Part shown: piece by piece, positions 1 through 9,894 of the stretch
Numbering within the stretch: the first letter of the stretch is position 1
How the letters are laid out: every line of letters starts with the position of its first letter
Sequence record: LC727699.1
Length of the DNA: 64,000 bases
Direction: 5' to 3' (one strand)
Translations under genes and position numbers: made by a program
Notes under the pieces: model-generated
What the model saw: only the letters and a program-made list of their open reading frames with translations
Databases searched by the model: none
Told to the model about the DNA's origin: nothing

Positions 1-1290
1 ACTACTGAAGGTTATGCTGATATTGTTGTAGAACACGCCGATGGGGCTAAATTCACTACTAAGGTATTAGCCGATACTCCCGCTAATATTACTAGTGCTG
101 TATTTACTGGCGGTTATCCGTTAGGTCAAACAGAACTTAAAGAAGATGACCTTGTTGCAATTAAAGTTGTTACTGATGAAAATATAGTAGCATACGAAAT
201 TGCTGACTTTGGTGCACTGAAAGAAAGTAGTGGTACTGTTGCACCTACTAAAGAACTAGAGGTTACTGGTCTTTACGTAGCTGATCGTGGTAATACTACT
301 AAGGCATATGGTTTCCGTGTACGTGTTCAGAAATCAACTGGATCATGGTCAGAATGGTTTACTTCCAGTGATGCTGGTTCCGAAGATAAAATTAACACTA
401 TGCAGTTAAACGATCTTCGCCCAGTTGTTAATATTGGTCAAGTAACTTATCCGTCTGGTCAAAGTGCTATTAAAGTAGGTGAAACTGCTACTGTAGCCAA
501 TACGGTATCTAATGCTGATAGTGTGGTTTATTCCTCACCAAATGATCAGCTTACTATAACCAGTGCAAATGAAGCAGAAATTGCTAAGGTAGTTACTTAT
601 AAGTCAGGTACTTATAACGACAGCACTAATAACCTATTAATTACTGCTAAACGTGCAGCTAATGGTAGTGTAGCTACAGCTACTGCTGTTGTGGCTATTG
701 CAAATGCGGCACCTACTGCGACGGTTACCTACCCTGCTGCTCGCCTTCGTTCAGGTGGTAACTTTGGAACCCAAGTACAAAGTCATGTCATTACTTTAAC
801 CTCTACTCAGAAACTAAGTGCAGCTCCGGCCATGAATGCGCCTGGCGGTAAGTGGGCTACTGAGGATTGGAAATCTGATGCCACTGGTAAGGTATGGACA
901 CGTGCATTACTAGTACATGACGATGATCCTAAAGGAACCTACGATTTTAACAGTGTGGTTCTAAAAGGTTTAGCTGGTGTTGAAGCTAATAGTGTAAATG
1001 GTGGTACTTATGTACTAGGTGGATTTGTATTCCGCACTCTAAGTGTGGCTGCTTGGCCGAACCGTGAAACTGATATTGGTACTGAAGTAACCAATACTGG
1101 TAAACTACGTTGCAGTAACCTATCTAAAGGTTCTACTGGTAGCTTAAACTTCACTTATAAGGCGGATGATGCAAATCAAGTTGACACCTACACCATCAAG
1201 GATGGCAATAAGTGGTATAACTGTGACTCAGCAAACGCTGTGTCCAACACCACTGGACTGATGAAAATCGAACTTGAGGAAGTAGTATAA
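1..1290 (+). CDS. Virion/tail-associated beta-rich (Ig-like) protein, 5'-truncated by window edge
   Basis: Frame 1 is open from base 1 (TTEGYADIVVEH...) into the ATG at 400, so the ORF-track start is internal. Thr/Ala/Val/Gly-rich beta-strand composition; stop TAA overlaps the ATG of the collagen gene (TAATG). Confidence 0.7.
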   Translation, partial: TTEGYADIVVEHADGAKFTTKVLADTPANITSAVFTGGYPLGQTELKEDDLVAIKVVTDENIVAYEIADFGALKESSGTVAPTKELEVTGLYVADRGNTTKAYGFRVRVQKSTGSWSEWFTSSDAGSEDKINTMQLNDLRPVVNIGQVTYPSGQSAIKVGETATVANTVSNADSVVYSSPNDQLTITSANEAEIAKVVTYKSGTYNDSTNNLLITAKRAANGSVATATAVVAIANAAPTATVTYPAARLRSGGNFGTQVQSHVITLTSTQKLSAAPAMNAPGGKWATEDWKSDATGKVWTRALLVHDDDPKGTYDFNSVVLKGLAGVEANSVNGGTYVLGGFVFRTLSVAAWPNRETDIGTEVTNTGKLRCSNLSKGSTGSLNFTYKADDANQVDTYTIKDGNKWYNCDSANAVSNTTGLMKIELEEVV

Positions 1291-4200
1291 TGGCTTCTGC
1301 ATTTGAAGATTATGTAAACGGGGAACTCCCCAAACGGGTATCATCAATTGATGAGCCCACTTCTGTAGTTAATGGACACATCCCGGTTTCTACCGGGGTG
1401 GGTCTTAATACTACTTTCGTTGATCCTGTTACTATACCTGGATTAAAGGGTGAAGATGGTCAGCCGGGTAAAGATGGCGAACAAGGCCCTCCTGGCCCAG
1501 TTGGTCCGGCTATTAACATTATCGCTAATGTTGATCTAGCAACATTCGAACAAGATATTAAACCATTAGATACGCATAATGTCGGTGATGCTTGGTTCGT
1601 TGAAGATCGGCTATGGGTGTGGGAATCACCGCTAGGTAATGAAGACCCCCCTGTAAAAGGTCGTTGGGTTGAAACAGGTTCACTTCGTGGTCCAGATGGT
1701 ACTGGTCTAGTTATCCGTGGTCGTTGGCCTAATAACTTAGAATTACCTAAGACTGAAAGTAATAAACCTGGAGATGCTTATTCATGGAATAATCAACTCT
1801 GGGCGTGGATGCTTATCTCAGGTAATAATCCGCCAGAGAATCCAACTATTGATGACTATGATTGGTTCCCAGTTACACCACAGGGTGAACGTGGACCTGA
1901 GGGCCCTGAGGGTCCGCAAGGTAAAGATGGTGAAATTGGTCCTGAAGGTCCTCAGGGTGAACCAGCAATGCCGTTTACCATTAAGGATTCACTACCATCA
2001 CCAGCTGATTTACCTGATCCATCTGTAGCTAAAGAATCAGAAGCATACTTAGTTACTATGGAAGCTGGTAAACCAGAACATCTATTCATCTTTGTAAAAG
2101 GGGCATGGTCAGACCTAGGTACTTTCCAAGGCCCTGAGGGCCCACAAGGTAAACCAGGTAATACAGGTGATCCGGGTCCCGATGGTAAACAAGGTGAACC
2201 TGGTCCACAAGGTCGTAACTTAGAAGTAGTTAAAGCAGTTGAAACTGCTGATAATCTATTAACCACCACTGGTGTAGAACAATACCAAGGTGTTTCAGTA
2301 CGTTCCACCAATACGGTTTATGTACTGACTGGCCAAGATCCGACTGTTGATATCTCATGGACAGCCATGGGTTCATTCCGTGGCCCGCAGGGCCCTGAAG
2401 GTCCGCAAGGTGAAGATGGCGAACAAGGTCTACCTGGTGAACCAGGGGCACAAGGTAAATCGGCTTTCCAAGTAGCATTGGACAATGGCTTCACTGGTAC
2501 TGAGGGTGAATGGTTAATCAGTCTACATGGTAAGAACGTAGTTATTACTGGTGCTGTTGCCAATGAGGCAGCCCTGCCGGCAGATGCTCCTGATCAGGCA
2601 GCGTACTTCACACAAGACACATCTACCTTATTTGTTAAGATAGATGGTAATTGGGTAAATAGTGGTACACATCGAGGTCCTAAAGGTGAAGATGGCGCAC
2701 CTGGTAAAGACGGTGATCAGGGACCAGAAGGACCCGAGGGACCAGAAGGCCCACAAGGTCCCGCTGGTGAACCTATCCAGATCATCGCAGCGATTGACAC
2801 TCCTGAAGATACCCCACCAGAAGCACTTGCCGATAACCAATGGAAAGCATATACTGTTAAGTCCACGGGCGAAGTATTTGTTAACATGGACGGTAGTCGC
2901 TGGACTAGCATTGGTATTATGGCAGGTCCGCAAGGTAAACCGGGTGAAGGTTTAAACATTAAAGGTGTTTTAACCGATGCTTCACAACTACCAAAGAAAG
3001 ACACTGATCCTGACTTAGTAACTGGTGATTCATACTGGGTTGAAACTAACGAAGGTACAATGCTCTATACTTACCAAGGTCAGGAAATTGATGGCTATAT
3101 CGGCCCAATTAATCTAAATGGTGAGCAGGGTATCCAGGGTGTCGAAGGCCCACAAGGTCCTGAAGGTAAACAAGGTGGTGGTCTATTAATTATCTATGTT
3201 GGTGATGATGCTGGTAAACCAGTAGCATCTGCTGATAACGTAGGTAAAGGTATTGCCATTCGCACCAATACTGAAGGACAAGTAGAAGTATTTGTAAGTA
3301 TCGATACTGAAGGTACATTTACTTGGGAAAGCCTAGGTGTCTTAGCCATGGGTCCGCAGGGTCCTGAAGGTCCTGAGGGCAAACAAGGTGTTCCAGGTAT
3401 CCCTGGTAAAACCGGTCAGAAAGGTGAACGTGGATCCTCTTGGGTAATTCTACCTGAAGGTCAAACTGCACCCACTTCTATCGATGGTAATCGTGGTGAC
3501 TGGTGTATCGACAAAACTGGTACCGTTTGGTATAAAGATGCTAACTGGGTTGTATTCTACAAATTAATGTCAGTTCCAGTTAGTGAAGTCGATCCAGAAG
3601 ATGTCGATAAGAAAATGGTTCGGTACAAACTCGGTTGGACTGAACTACCTGTTGATGAGGTGGTAGATGCTGAAGTAGGTGTCTTCTATGGTCGCCGTAA
3701 AGCAACCGCTGACGGGGCTGTTGAATGGACTGCTATTGAATTACCAACACCTGCCATTGATGCTGTACCTAGTCCAGTTGTTAATGCACAATACGTTCGT
3801 AAAGGTATTGCAGGGGGTGAAACTGAATGGGCTACCATTACATTCCCAGAAATTCCTTCAGATGTAGTACGCGATACTGCACAAGCTACTAAGCCTCAAG
3901 GTCGTGTAGCTGGTAACTGGGTTGATGTAGCACCTCTGCAAACCGATGATACTCTAATGGGTATGCAAAATGGTGAATGGGTAGCTGTACCAGCCGCAGT
4001 TATTGGTGAAGTACCTAGTGAAGGTGCTAATGGCACTAACTATGTACGTGAGAAAACAGCTAGTGGTTCTAAATGGACACCTGTAACTATTATAGTTGAT
4101 CAAGCTGATGCTACTAGTGGACAACTATTCCTACGTAATGCTGCGGCTAAATCATGGACTCTATTCCAAGGTCCGAATAATGATGTAACCGCTGATGGTG

Positions 4201-4571
4201 ATTGGCTACGTAGCCGTACTGGTACTAATATTACTTGGAAGAAGCTAGATAAATCATTCGATGCATATAGCCTAAAATCAAGTACATTCACTGGTACAGC
4301 TCTGACTATAACACCTGCTAACCAGCAGTGCTATAGGGTTCAAACTGCTGCTAACCAAACCATTACACTAGAGAATGGACCTGTTGATCGCATGATCACA
4401 GCTGTTCTTGTATTGCTTGGTAAGGTAGCTATGCCAACACTGTCTAGTGCAGTGCTACAGTGGAACAATGGTACTCCAGTAATAGTAGATGACCTAGGTG
4501 ATACTAAAACAGTTCTCACCCTCTTATGGGATGGTACTAACTGGATAGTTTCCAAAGGTGCTGTTATTTAA
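1290..4571 (+). CDS. Collagen-like (Gly-X-Y) tail/head fibre protein
   Basis: About 8 Gly-X-Y runs (GPEGPQGKDG...) alternating with 50-70 aa globular spacers; AFQVALDNGFTGTEGEWLISL motif typical of phage collagen fibres; C-terminal beta domain ending LLWDGTNW. Confidence 0.85.
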   Translation: MASAFEDYVNGELPKRVSSIDEPTSVVNGHIPVSTGVGLNTTFVDPVTIPGLKGEDGQPGKDGEQGPPGPVGPAINIIANVDLATFEQDIKPLDTHNVGDAWFVEDRLWVWESPLGNEDPPVKGRWVETGSLRGPDGTGLVIRGRWPNNLELPKTESNKPGDAYSWNNQLWAWMLISGNNPPENPTIDDYDWFPVTPQGERGPEGPEGPQGKDGEIGPEGPQGEPAMPFTIKDSLPSPADLPDPSVAKESEAYLVTMEAGKPEHLFIFVKGAWSDLGTFQGPEGPQGKPGNTGDPGPDGKQGEPGPQGRNLEVVKAVETADNLLTTTGVEQYQGVSVRSTNTVYVLTGQDPTVDISWTAMGSFRGPQGPEGPQGEDGEQGLPGEPGAQGKSAFQVALDNGFTGTEGEWLISLHGKNVVITGAVANEAALPADAPDQAAYFTQDTSTLFVKIDGNWVNSGTHRGPKGEDGAPGKDGDQGPEGPEGPEGPQGPAGEPIQIIAAIDTPEDTPPEALADNQWKAYTVKSTGEVFVNMDGSRWTSIGIMAGPQGKPGEGLNIKGVLTDASQLPKKDTDPDLVTGDSYWVETNEGTMLYTYQGQEIDGYIGPINLNGEQGIQGVEGPQGPEGKQGGGLLIIYVGDDAGKPVASADNVGKGIAIRTNTEGQVEVFVSIDTEGTFTWESLGVLAMGPQGPEGPEGKQGVPGIPGKTGQKGERGSSWVILPEGQTAPTSIDGNRGDWCIDKTGTVWYKDANWVVFYKLMSVPVSEVDPEDVDKKMVRYKLGWTELPVDEVVDAEVGVFYGRRKATADGAVEWTAIELPTPAIDAVPSPVVNAQYVRKGIAGGETEWATITFPEIPSDVVRDTAQATKPQGRVAGNWVDVAPLQTDDTLMGMQNGEWVAVPAAVIGEVPSEGANGTNYVREKTASGSKWTPVTIIVDQADATSGQLFLRNAAAKSWTLFQGPNNDVTADGDWLRSRTGTNITWKKLDKSFDAYSLKSSTFTGTALTITPANQQCYRVQTAANQTITLENGPVDRMITAVLVLLGKVAMPTLSSAVLQWNNGTPVIVDDLGDTKTVLTLLWDGTNWIVSKGAVI

Positions 4572-4582
4572 AATGACATATT

Positions 4583-4610
4583 GCCCTCCCTTCGGGGAGG
4601 GCTTTATTTT
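4583..4610 (+). terminator. Intrinsic terminator, GCCCTCCC-family hairpin
   Basis: GCCCTCCC-TTCG-GGGAGGGC followed by TTTATTTT directly after the fibre gene stop. Confidence 0.85.
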
Positions 4611-4670
4611 GTCTTTTAAGATTGATTCATTATTAACCATACCATCGTACCAGTTATATCTAAAAAAAGC

Positions 4671-4697
4671 ATAGAAAGCCCTAATAGGGCTTTCTAT
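4671..4697 (-). terminator. Hairpin terminator for minus-strand operon
   Basis: ATAGAAAGCCC-TAATA-GGGCTTTCTAT inverted repeat 7 nt past the stop at 4704, with a T run downstream on the minus strand. Confidence 0.75.
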
Positions 4698-4703
4698 TGG
4701 GTA

Positions 4704-5420
4704 TCATGGCTTAAACATGGAAAAGTATTCAGCATCGATGAAATCAAAGTCGATATTAAGTTTATGCTTTAACTGGAAATCCATGATAATAAACTGTTTA
4801 TCTTCAACAGCTAATTCACTTACATCTTTCTCAAATAGTTTTGGACCAATAATAGTAAAGTCAGGCATCAACACTTGTCCTAATTCAAGAACATGGGTTT
4901 TACACCATTCTCCAAAATTATACATAATCGCCATTGAATAGATAGAGTTTAATCTAGAACAAGTAAGGTCTGTTAATGGAGTATTAATCAGGGTGATCTG
5001 AATATGATCACCAATGTACTTATGTAAGCAGTATAGTAATTCATCTTGAGCATCTGGTGTTAATTCATATGGCCAGATATTGACTTCAAGACATGTTTCA
5101 AAATTAGCATTAACTATACCATCTAATCTATTCAAATCTGATTGGGCTATTAATTGAATAATAAATGGAATGATACCAGTGAATATAGAACTATTGATAG
5201 TGTCAGCAGTATTTTCACCACCACGTTTAGAATAAGCTTCGACAAATTGTTCATTAGTTACTAAACCATCTGTTAGTTTAGTCCAATCATCCATTTCCCT
5301 ATGCCAGTAAATTTGACCATTGGTAACAAGCTTATTAGCCGCATCTTTATTTAGTAACCTAATGGTCCCTAACCGTGTATCTAATAGTGAATCAAGATCA
5401 ATTAAGATTTTACGAAACAT
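4704..5420 (-). CDS. Conserved phage protein with HAD-like N-terminal motif
   Basis: N-terminal ILIDLDSLLDT resembles HAD motif I (DxDxxL); other HAD motifs not identified. Confidence 0.5.
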   Translation of the reverse strand: MFRKILIDLDSLLDTRLGTIRLLNKDAANKLVTNGQIYWHREMDDWTKLTDGLVTNEQFVEAYSKRGGENTADTINSSIFTGIIPFIIQLIAQSDLNRLDGIVNANFETCLEVNIWPYELTPDAQDELLYCLHKYIGDHIQITLINTPLTDLTCSRLNSIYSMAIMYNFGEWCKTHVLELGQVLMPDFTIIGPKLFEKDVSELAVEDKQFIIMDFQLKHKLNIDFDFIDAEYFSMFKP

Positions 5421-5916
5421 TATTATTTACCGCCTTCTTTTTAGATGGCTTAGCTTGAACTGGGATAGATTCAACTAGATTAGTAATATAACGGATATTT
5501 AAACATTGACAAATAATCCAAACTAACCAATCATTTTGGTATAAAATGTCAGTTAATTCTTTTCGTGGAATTAATCGCGCTAACATCTCTTGGTCAACAA
5601 TAGTTGAATTAGGTTGATAAGGATAAATAGAATTAGCTAGTAATTCCACCACACCATCCCAATCAGTAACAGCCATCTTAAATCGACTAACTAAACTTAA
5701 GATGGGTTGAAGACGATTACCTTTGTTACGGAATAAATTCCAGATATCCCTAATAACTGTTTTATCAGCAATGTGATACCAATGGGTATTAGTACTCCAG
5801 TTATTTAGTAAATCCAAAATATCCGCAATGATTTCAGCACTGTATCCATTTACTAACTCAGTATTAGATACAATTAAAGCTTCACACATATCTTCGTAAA
5901 TCTGGCGATTATTCAT
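5410..5916 (-). CDS. Hypothetical protein
   Basis: 168-aa ORF tightly packed in the minus-strand operon; overlaps the next gene by 11 nt. Confidence 0.7.
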   Translation of the reverse strand: MNNRQIYEDMCEALIVSNTELVNGYSAEIIADILDLLNNWSTNTHWYHIADKTVIRDIWNLFRNKGNRLQPILSLVSRFKMAVTDWDGVVELLANSIYPYQPNSTIVDQEMLARLIPRKELTDILYQNDWLVWIICQCLNIRYITNLVESIPVQAKPSKKKAVNNNVS

Positions 5917-5918
5917 AG

Positions 5919-6593
5919 TTACACCAAGTTATTTTGTAACATCATGCCTTTTAGATAACATGCAAATGTTTTATTAGATTGCACAGTAGTATCATAAGTA
6001 GACATGATGGAATCAACAGAAGCACTACCAGTTTCGATAATAGAGCGGTTCATTGCATTATATGCTTTCTGGTCACCACCACGTAGTTTCATGAATTCAA
6101 TCATGGAATAACGGAGACCTTTTGAAGCGTTAACCTGAATCTCTGGTGCAGACATACGTGATCCTTTAGAATCACCAGTTACTTGCCCTGACCTCTGGTC
6201 AATCACATGACTAGAACCTGGAATACTTTTCTTTTTCTCAAGCATTTGTACTTGACGACGGATTGGTATTAAACCAACTAAATGTTTATTAGCAGTTCGA
6301 TATACCTGGCCAGTACCTGGATCAGTTAAAATGATGTGTTGGAATAAATTATGACCAATCGCTTTAGCAACTTTATAATTTTGCTTAATAGTTAATTTAG
6401 GCTTAGTGCATAAGTTAGGAGCATATAATGCCAACATCTCTTCACCAGAATCTAACTTATTAATCCACTCCTCAAATTCCTCATCATTCATTCGTGCAAA
6501 CATTTCTTTATAGATATCAACATTACTACTACCAGGTAGAAACATGTCAATAATCCATAGGCATTCTTTTTCTACCAATTCTCGTTTAGTCAT
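5919..6593 (-). CDS. rpoB: Virion RNA polymerase beta subunit, C-terminal part (phiKZ gp149-like)
   Basis: RRQVQMLEKK...IDQRSGQVTGDSKGSRMSAPE...EFMKLRGGD matches the switch/clamp region of the beta C-terminus in split phage RNAPs; synteny upstream of UvsX. Confidence 0.8.
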   Translation of the reverse strand: MTKRELVEKECLWIIDMFLPGSSNVDIYKEMFARMNDEEFEEWINKLDSGEEMLALYAPNLCTKPKLTIKQNYKVAKAIGHNLFQHIILTDPGTGQVYRTANKHLVGLIPIRRQVQMLEKKKSIPGSSHVIDQRSGQVTGDSKGSRMSAPEIQVNASKGLRYSMIEFMKLRGGDQKAYNAMNRSIIETGSASVDSIMSTYDTTVQSNKTFACYLKGMMLQNNLV

Positions 6594-6625
6594 GGTAATT
6601 TCCTTTAAGGTTGTTTAACATACCA

Positions 6626-6946
6626 TTAGCTTGAGCGAGATACCCCTTGATAGACAGGTATTGAATTCTGGTCAGTACATGGAGGTAACCTATACCTCTT
6701 AAGAATTGGTAATATGTTGGCTAGAAAATTAGCATACCATACTTCAAAGGTGACTGAATCATCAATGGTAGTTCTAGCTGTTAACGTCTGACTAGGATAT
6801 TGAGCTAATAGTTGCTGAAAGCAAGCTGATAAAGTGGGTACGTCTGTACACACTGGTAATCGACGTAATAGATCTTCTGATAGTTCAACATCAAACATTC
6901 GTAGACGTTGACAAAGTGTTAAACGATAATCTTCTGTAGTTTTCAT
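6626..6946 (-). CDS. Hypothetical protein
   Basis: 106-aa ORF with AGGA RBS in operon context. Confidence 0.65.
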   Translation of the reverse strand: MKTTEDYRLTLCQRLRMFDVELSEDLLRRLPVCTDVPTLSACFQQLLAQYPSQTLTARTTIDDSVTFEVWYANFLANILPILKRYRLPPCTDQNSIPVYQGVSRSS

Positions 6947-6969
6947 TATAGTTCCTTAGGGTCTTTATT

Positions 6970-7320
6970 TTACTTTGATATCTCACCACAGTAAATGACC
7001 TCTGTTTTTGTTTCAAGCCATTCTACTAATAAATGCCGGTGACAGAAATTACCAGCGCGACAATAACAACCTAATGCTACTTCCTCTAATTGGAAGAACC
7101 ATTTAAAGAATTCTGGATTATCAATCAATGATTGCTCTAACATACTGAGATATGCTTCAGTGTATTCATCACTTGATATAATTCCTTTCTTATGTCCCAT
7201 AACCATTAACCATGTAGGTGCGAGTTGATATGCACCTGATTTAACAGTTATGTCTAGCGGTTTTATTCCTTTCTCTATAACTAACTTATATTTAGCTATC
7301 TGATAAGTGTAAACATTCAT
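6970..7320 (-). CDS. DUF488-like protein
   Basis: DITVKSG...LAPTW and LGCYC...FCHRHLL pattern typical of the DUF488/YeaO-related family. Confidence 0.6.
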   Translation of the reverse strand: MNVYTYQIAKYKLVIEKGIKPLDITVKSGAYQLAPTWLMVMGHKKGIISSDEYTEAYLSMLEQSLIDNPEFFKWFFQLEEVALGCYCRAGNFCHRHLLVEWLETKTEVIYCGEISK

Positions 7321-7334
7321 ATACCGAACCTGAC

Positions 7335-7365
7335 ATAACTAGGGATCTTATTGACCCCTAGTTAT
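7335..7365 (-). terminator. Hairpin downstream of uvsX
   Basis: ATAACTAGGG...CCCTAGTTAT inverted repeat about 30 nt after the uvsX stop. Confidence 0.55.
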
Positions 7366-7396
7366 TTTGAAACTGGCGATAACATCTATACTAACA

Positions 7397-8836
7397 TTAA
7401 GCTTTTGCTTTAGCTAGTTCAAGAGGTACAATTTTAGCTTTTTCTTCGTCAGTCATCCAGTATGGTTTATATTCACTTTTACGCATACGTAGTAGGTCAT
7501 ACGTGGATAGGAATTTTTTATCACTAAACTGTTCGTCTTCTTCGAACATCCAATAGCCACGAGTATTATTAAGAATAATATCCCAATCATAACCCATTAC
7601 TTTAAGATCAGCATATAGCTCAGCTGGCGTTACTACATAATCTCCAAGATTCCAACGTTGGAATTGAATTAATTGTAGCATTTCAGATTGGATTTCAACA
7701 GCTCGTTGTAGAGCAGGGTTATCCATCAATTTCTTACGAACAGTGGTCCGACTTAGTTTGATATCAGGACATAGCTCAACGAAGTAGTTAATGTTATTAC
7801 CACCAATCCCCCAATCATTTTCACGGCAATAATGGAATTCTGATAGTGATGGAAGAATACCTTCAGTTTGTGAAACAATGAGATGGAATGGTAGACCAGT
7901 AATTCCACCTTTACCACGTAAGTTAATAACTTCTAGAATACGTAGATCTGTATCGCCTTCAATAGCAGTTGAATTGTCAATTGGATATAAAGGCATTTTT
8001 TCTTTATTGACTAACGGTTTATTAGATTCAATAGAAAACACATTATTCGGTAGAGAGTAGAAACCACCTGACACCCCTTTAAGAACCGTATCCTTCTTCA
8101 TATGCGATAGATTACGTTTATCAGTAGGGTACATCTCAATTTGAATGATATCTCCAACGTGTGCAGTGAGAATCATGTATGTACTGGTTTTAGCACAGAT
8201 CTGCGGTAGCTGGTTAAATAACTGATTCTTAGCTTTACCATTAGTCATTGCATCAGTGTTTACTTTAGAATCACCGATAGCATTTTTAGCATACATTTCA
8301 GACACAGCTGAGACAATGAACTTTGAGAAACTATCAATGAACCCGCCAGTTGGGTACAGTGCTTTCTTATTATTACCATTCACATCAAGAAATGGGGTAG
8401 TACGTAGATAATCTTTTTCAGCCTTTTCTTTTTCAGATAATGCATCGCGGAAGATTTTGAACCACTCATCCCCAGTATAACGAGATAAGTCAGTAAACAT
8501 GTATTGCTCATCATTTTCCCAATCGATAGCAGCTAGCTCAGGATAAGCTTGTGCTAAAGATGTAAATCGAGCACCTGGGTTTAATGTACCTTCTGTATCG
8601 TAAGTCATTGCATGTGCACCGGGGAAAGCACGGCGCATCATTGCCATGAGGTAGATACCTAATGCAGTTTTAAAATTGTTAGGTCGTGAAGCAATACCAG
8701 TTAGTGATCCCATACCACCATTTAGAATCATTTCACCATGCTTACCTTGTTCATACTTACCAGTTGAAATGTCCATAAGGCATCCGATGTTAAGAGCCGG
8801 TCGGAAAGCTGGACGTTCGAAATGTTTACCAAACAT
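7397..8836 (-). CDS. uvsX: UvsX/RecA-like recombinase (phiKZ gp152-like)
   Basis: LNIGCLMDI, Walker A variant GIASRPNNFKT, YDTEGT, FIDSFS Walker B and ILTAHVG strand; RecA-fold order and phiKZ-like synteny. Confidence 0.85.
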   Translation of the reverse strand: MFGKHFERPAFRPALNIGCLMDISTGKYEQGKHGEMILNGGMGSLTGIASRPNNFKTALGIYLMAMMRRAFPGAHAMTYDTEGTLNPGARFTSLAQAYPELAAIDWENDEQYMFTDLSRYTGDEWFKIFRDALSEKEKAEKDYLRTTPFLDVNGNNKKALYPTGGFIDSFSKFIVSAVSEMYAKNAIGDSKVNTDAMTNGKAKNQLFNQLPQICAKTSTYMILTAHVGDIIQIEMYPTDKRNLSHMKKDTVLKGVSGGFYSLPNNVFSIESNKPLVNKEKMPLYPIDNSTAIEGDTDLRILEVINLRGKGGITGLPFHLIVSQTEGILPSLSEFHYCRENDWGIGGNNINYFVELCPDIKLSRTTVRKKLMDNPALQRAVEIQSEMLQLIQFQRWNLGDYVVTPAELYADLKVMGYDWDIILNNTRGYWMFEEDEQFSDKKFLSTYDLLRMRKSEYKPYWMTDEEKAKIVPLELAKAKA

Positions 8837-8933
8837 GTTGACTCCATTTTTTAAGTTAAACAGTCAATTAATTGATTTGGAGAGTAATTTTATGTCTACA
8901 TATTCAACAATCCTTGCGCAAGGAAATTAAGAC

Positions 8934-9848
8934 ATGTTTAACATCCATAAATACGCTAAAAGTATTTCACTAGAAAATGATTGTCAGGATCTAATTGAAT
9001 CTGACAATATTGTTAATGATGATATTAGTTTAGTACAAGTTGATCCAAAACAACAGCTTGTAGATATTACTGAGACTATTTCTCAAGAAGCTAATTTCGC
9101 AACAAACGCTATTAACATTATCAATAAACGCGGTGCTAATTTTGCTATCGCTGCTCGTAATGCATTTACGTCGATGACTAACTGGAGTAATCAAATTATT
9201 CCTGAGTTCCATCCAGCGCAGATGCGCCATTTAGTTTCACACATTGATTATTTAGAAGTAGCAAATACAATCGTGCCACAACCAGTTGGTTTTAATGGTG
9301 AGATTCCAGACTATGTTGATTATCTATTAACAGAAGCTAAGGAAATGGCCACTATTATTCCAGCGGTATTAGACCCGGTTAAAGCACAACTTGGATATTA
9401 TCTACAACAGCGTGCTGATCGAATGGATAAGCGTGGCTTTGCTAATTCATTTGCAATGGCATCGATCAATGATCTTGCTAAAGATGCTTCTTTCTATGAC
9501 AGTGACAACCGGTCAAGTACAGCTGAGTTTGGTAAGCTTTACCCATCATTAAATTCATTTGTTGACGCAACAAAGAAAATGAACGATATTCGTAGCATTT
9601 TATCACGGGTTCGTCCAAATGATGTAAAACGTGCTTCAGAAGCGCTTAGTCAATTAATTGATAGCTTTATGGAGGATGTTAAGGATAGTAACTCTGACAC
9701 CTCTCCAGAGCTATTACAGACATTAATTGAAGGGGTTACATGGGCAGCAGACCATGTTGAACGTTATTCAACACTCTTTACTAAGATTGTTGAGACTGCG
9801 AACACAATGAAAGCCACTGAAGATATTCTTCGTGAAATCATTGGATAA
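8934..9848 (+). CDS. Internal head/virion protein (phiKZ gp153-like)
   Basis: N-terminal SISLE head-protease-type site followed by an acidic segment; helical body; divergent from uvsX as in phiKZ-like phages. Confidence 0.6.
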   Translation: MFNIHKYAKSISLENDCQDLIESDNIVNDDISLVQVDPKQQLVDITETISQEANFATNAINIINKRGANFAIAARNAFTSMTNWSNQIIPEFHPAQMRHLVSHIDYLEVANTIVPQPVGFNGEIPDYVDYLLTEAKEMATIIPAVLDPVKAQLGYYLQQRADRMDKRGFANSFAMASINDLAKDASFYDSDNRSSTAEFGKLYPSLNSFVDATKKMNDIRSILSRVRPNDVKRASEALSQLIDSFMEDVKDSNSDTSPELLQTLIEGVTWAADHVERYSTLFTKIVETANTMKATEDILREIIG

Positions 9849-9851
9849 CAG

Positions 9852-9885
9852 CATAAGCCCTCTCCCAAAAGGAGAGGGCATTATG
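9852..9885. terminator. Bidirectional hairpin, GCCCTCCC family
   Basis: CATAA-GCCCTCTCC-CAAAA-GGAGAGGGC-ATTATG between convergent genes. Confidence 0.75.
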
Positions 9886-9894
9886 TCGTACCAA

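Noticed and set aside
1774-3867. Several shadow ORFs over the collagen gene, including Gly/Pro-rich antisense frames
   Set aside because: They arise from repetitive GGN-CCN codons of the real gene; no RBS or independent logic.
1290-4571. Possible diversity-generating retroelement acting on fibre genes
   Set aside because: No reverse transcriptase and no adenine-mismatched TR/VR repeat pair seen in the window.
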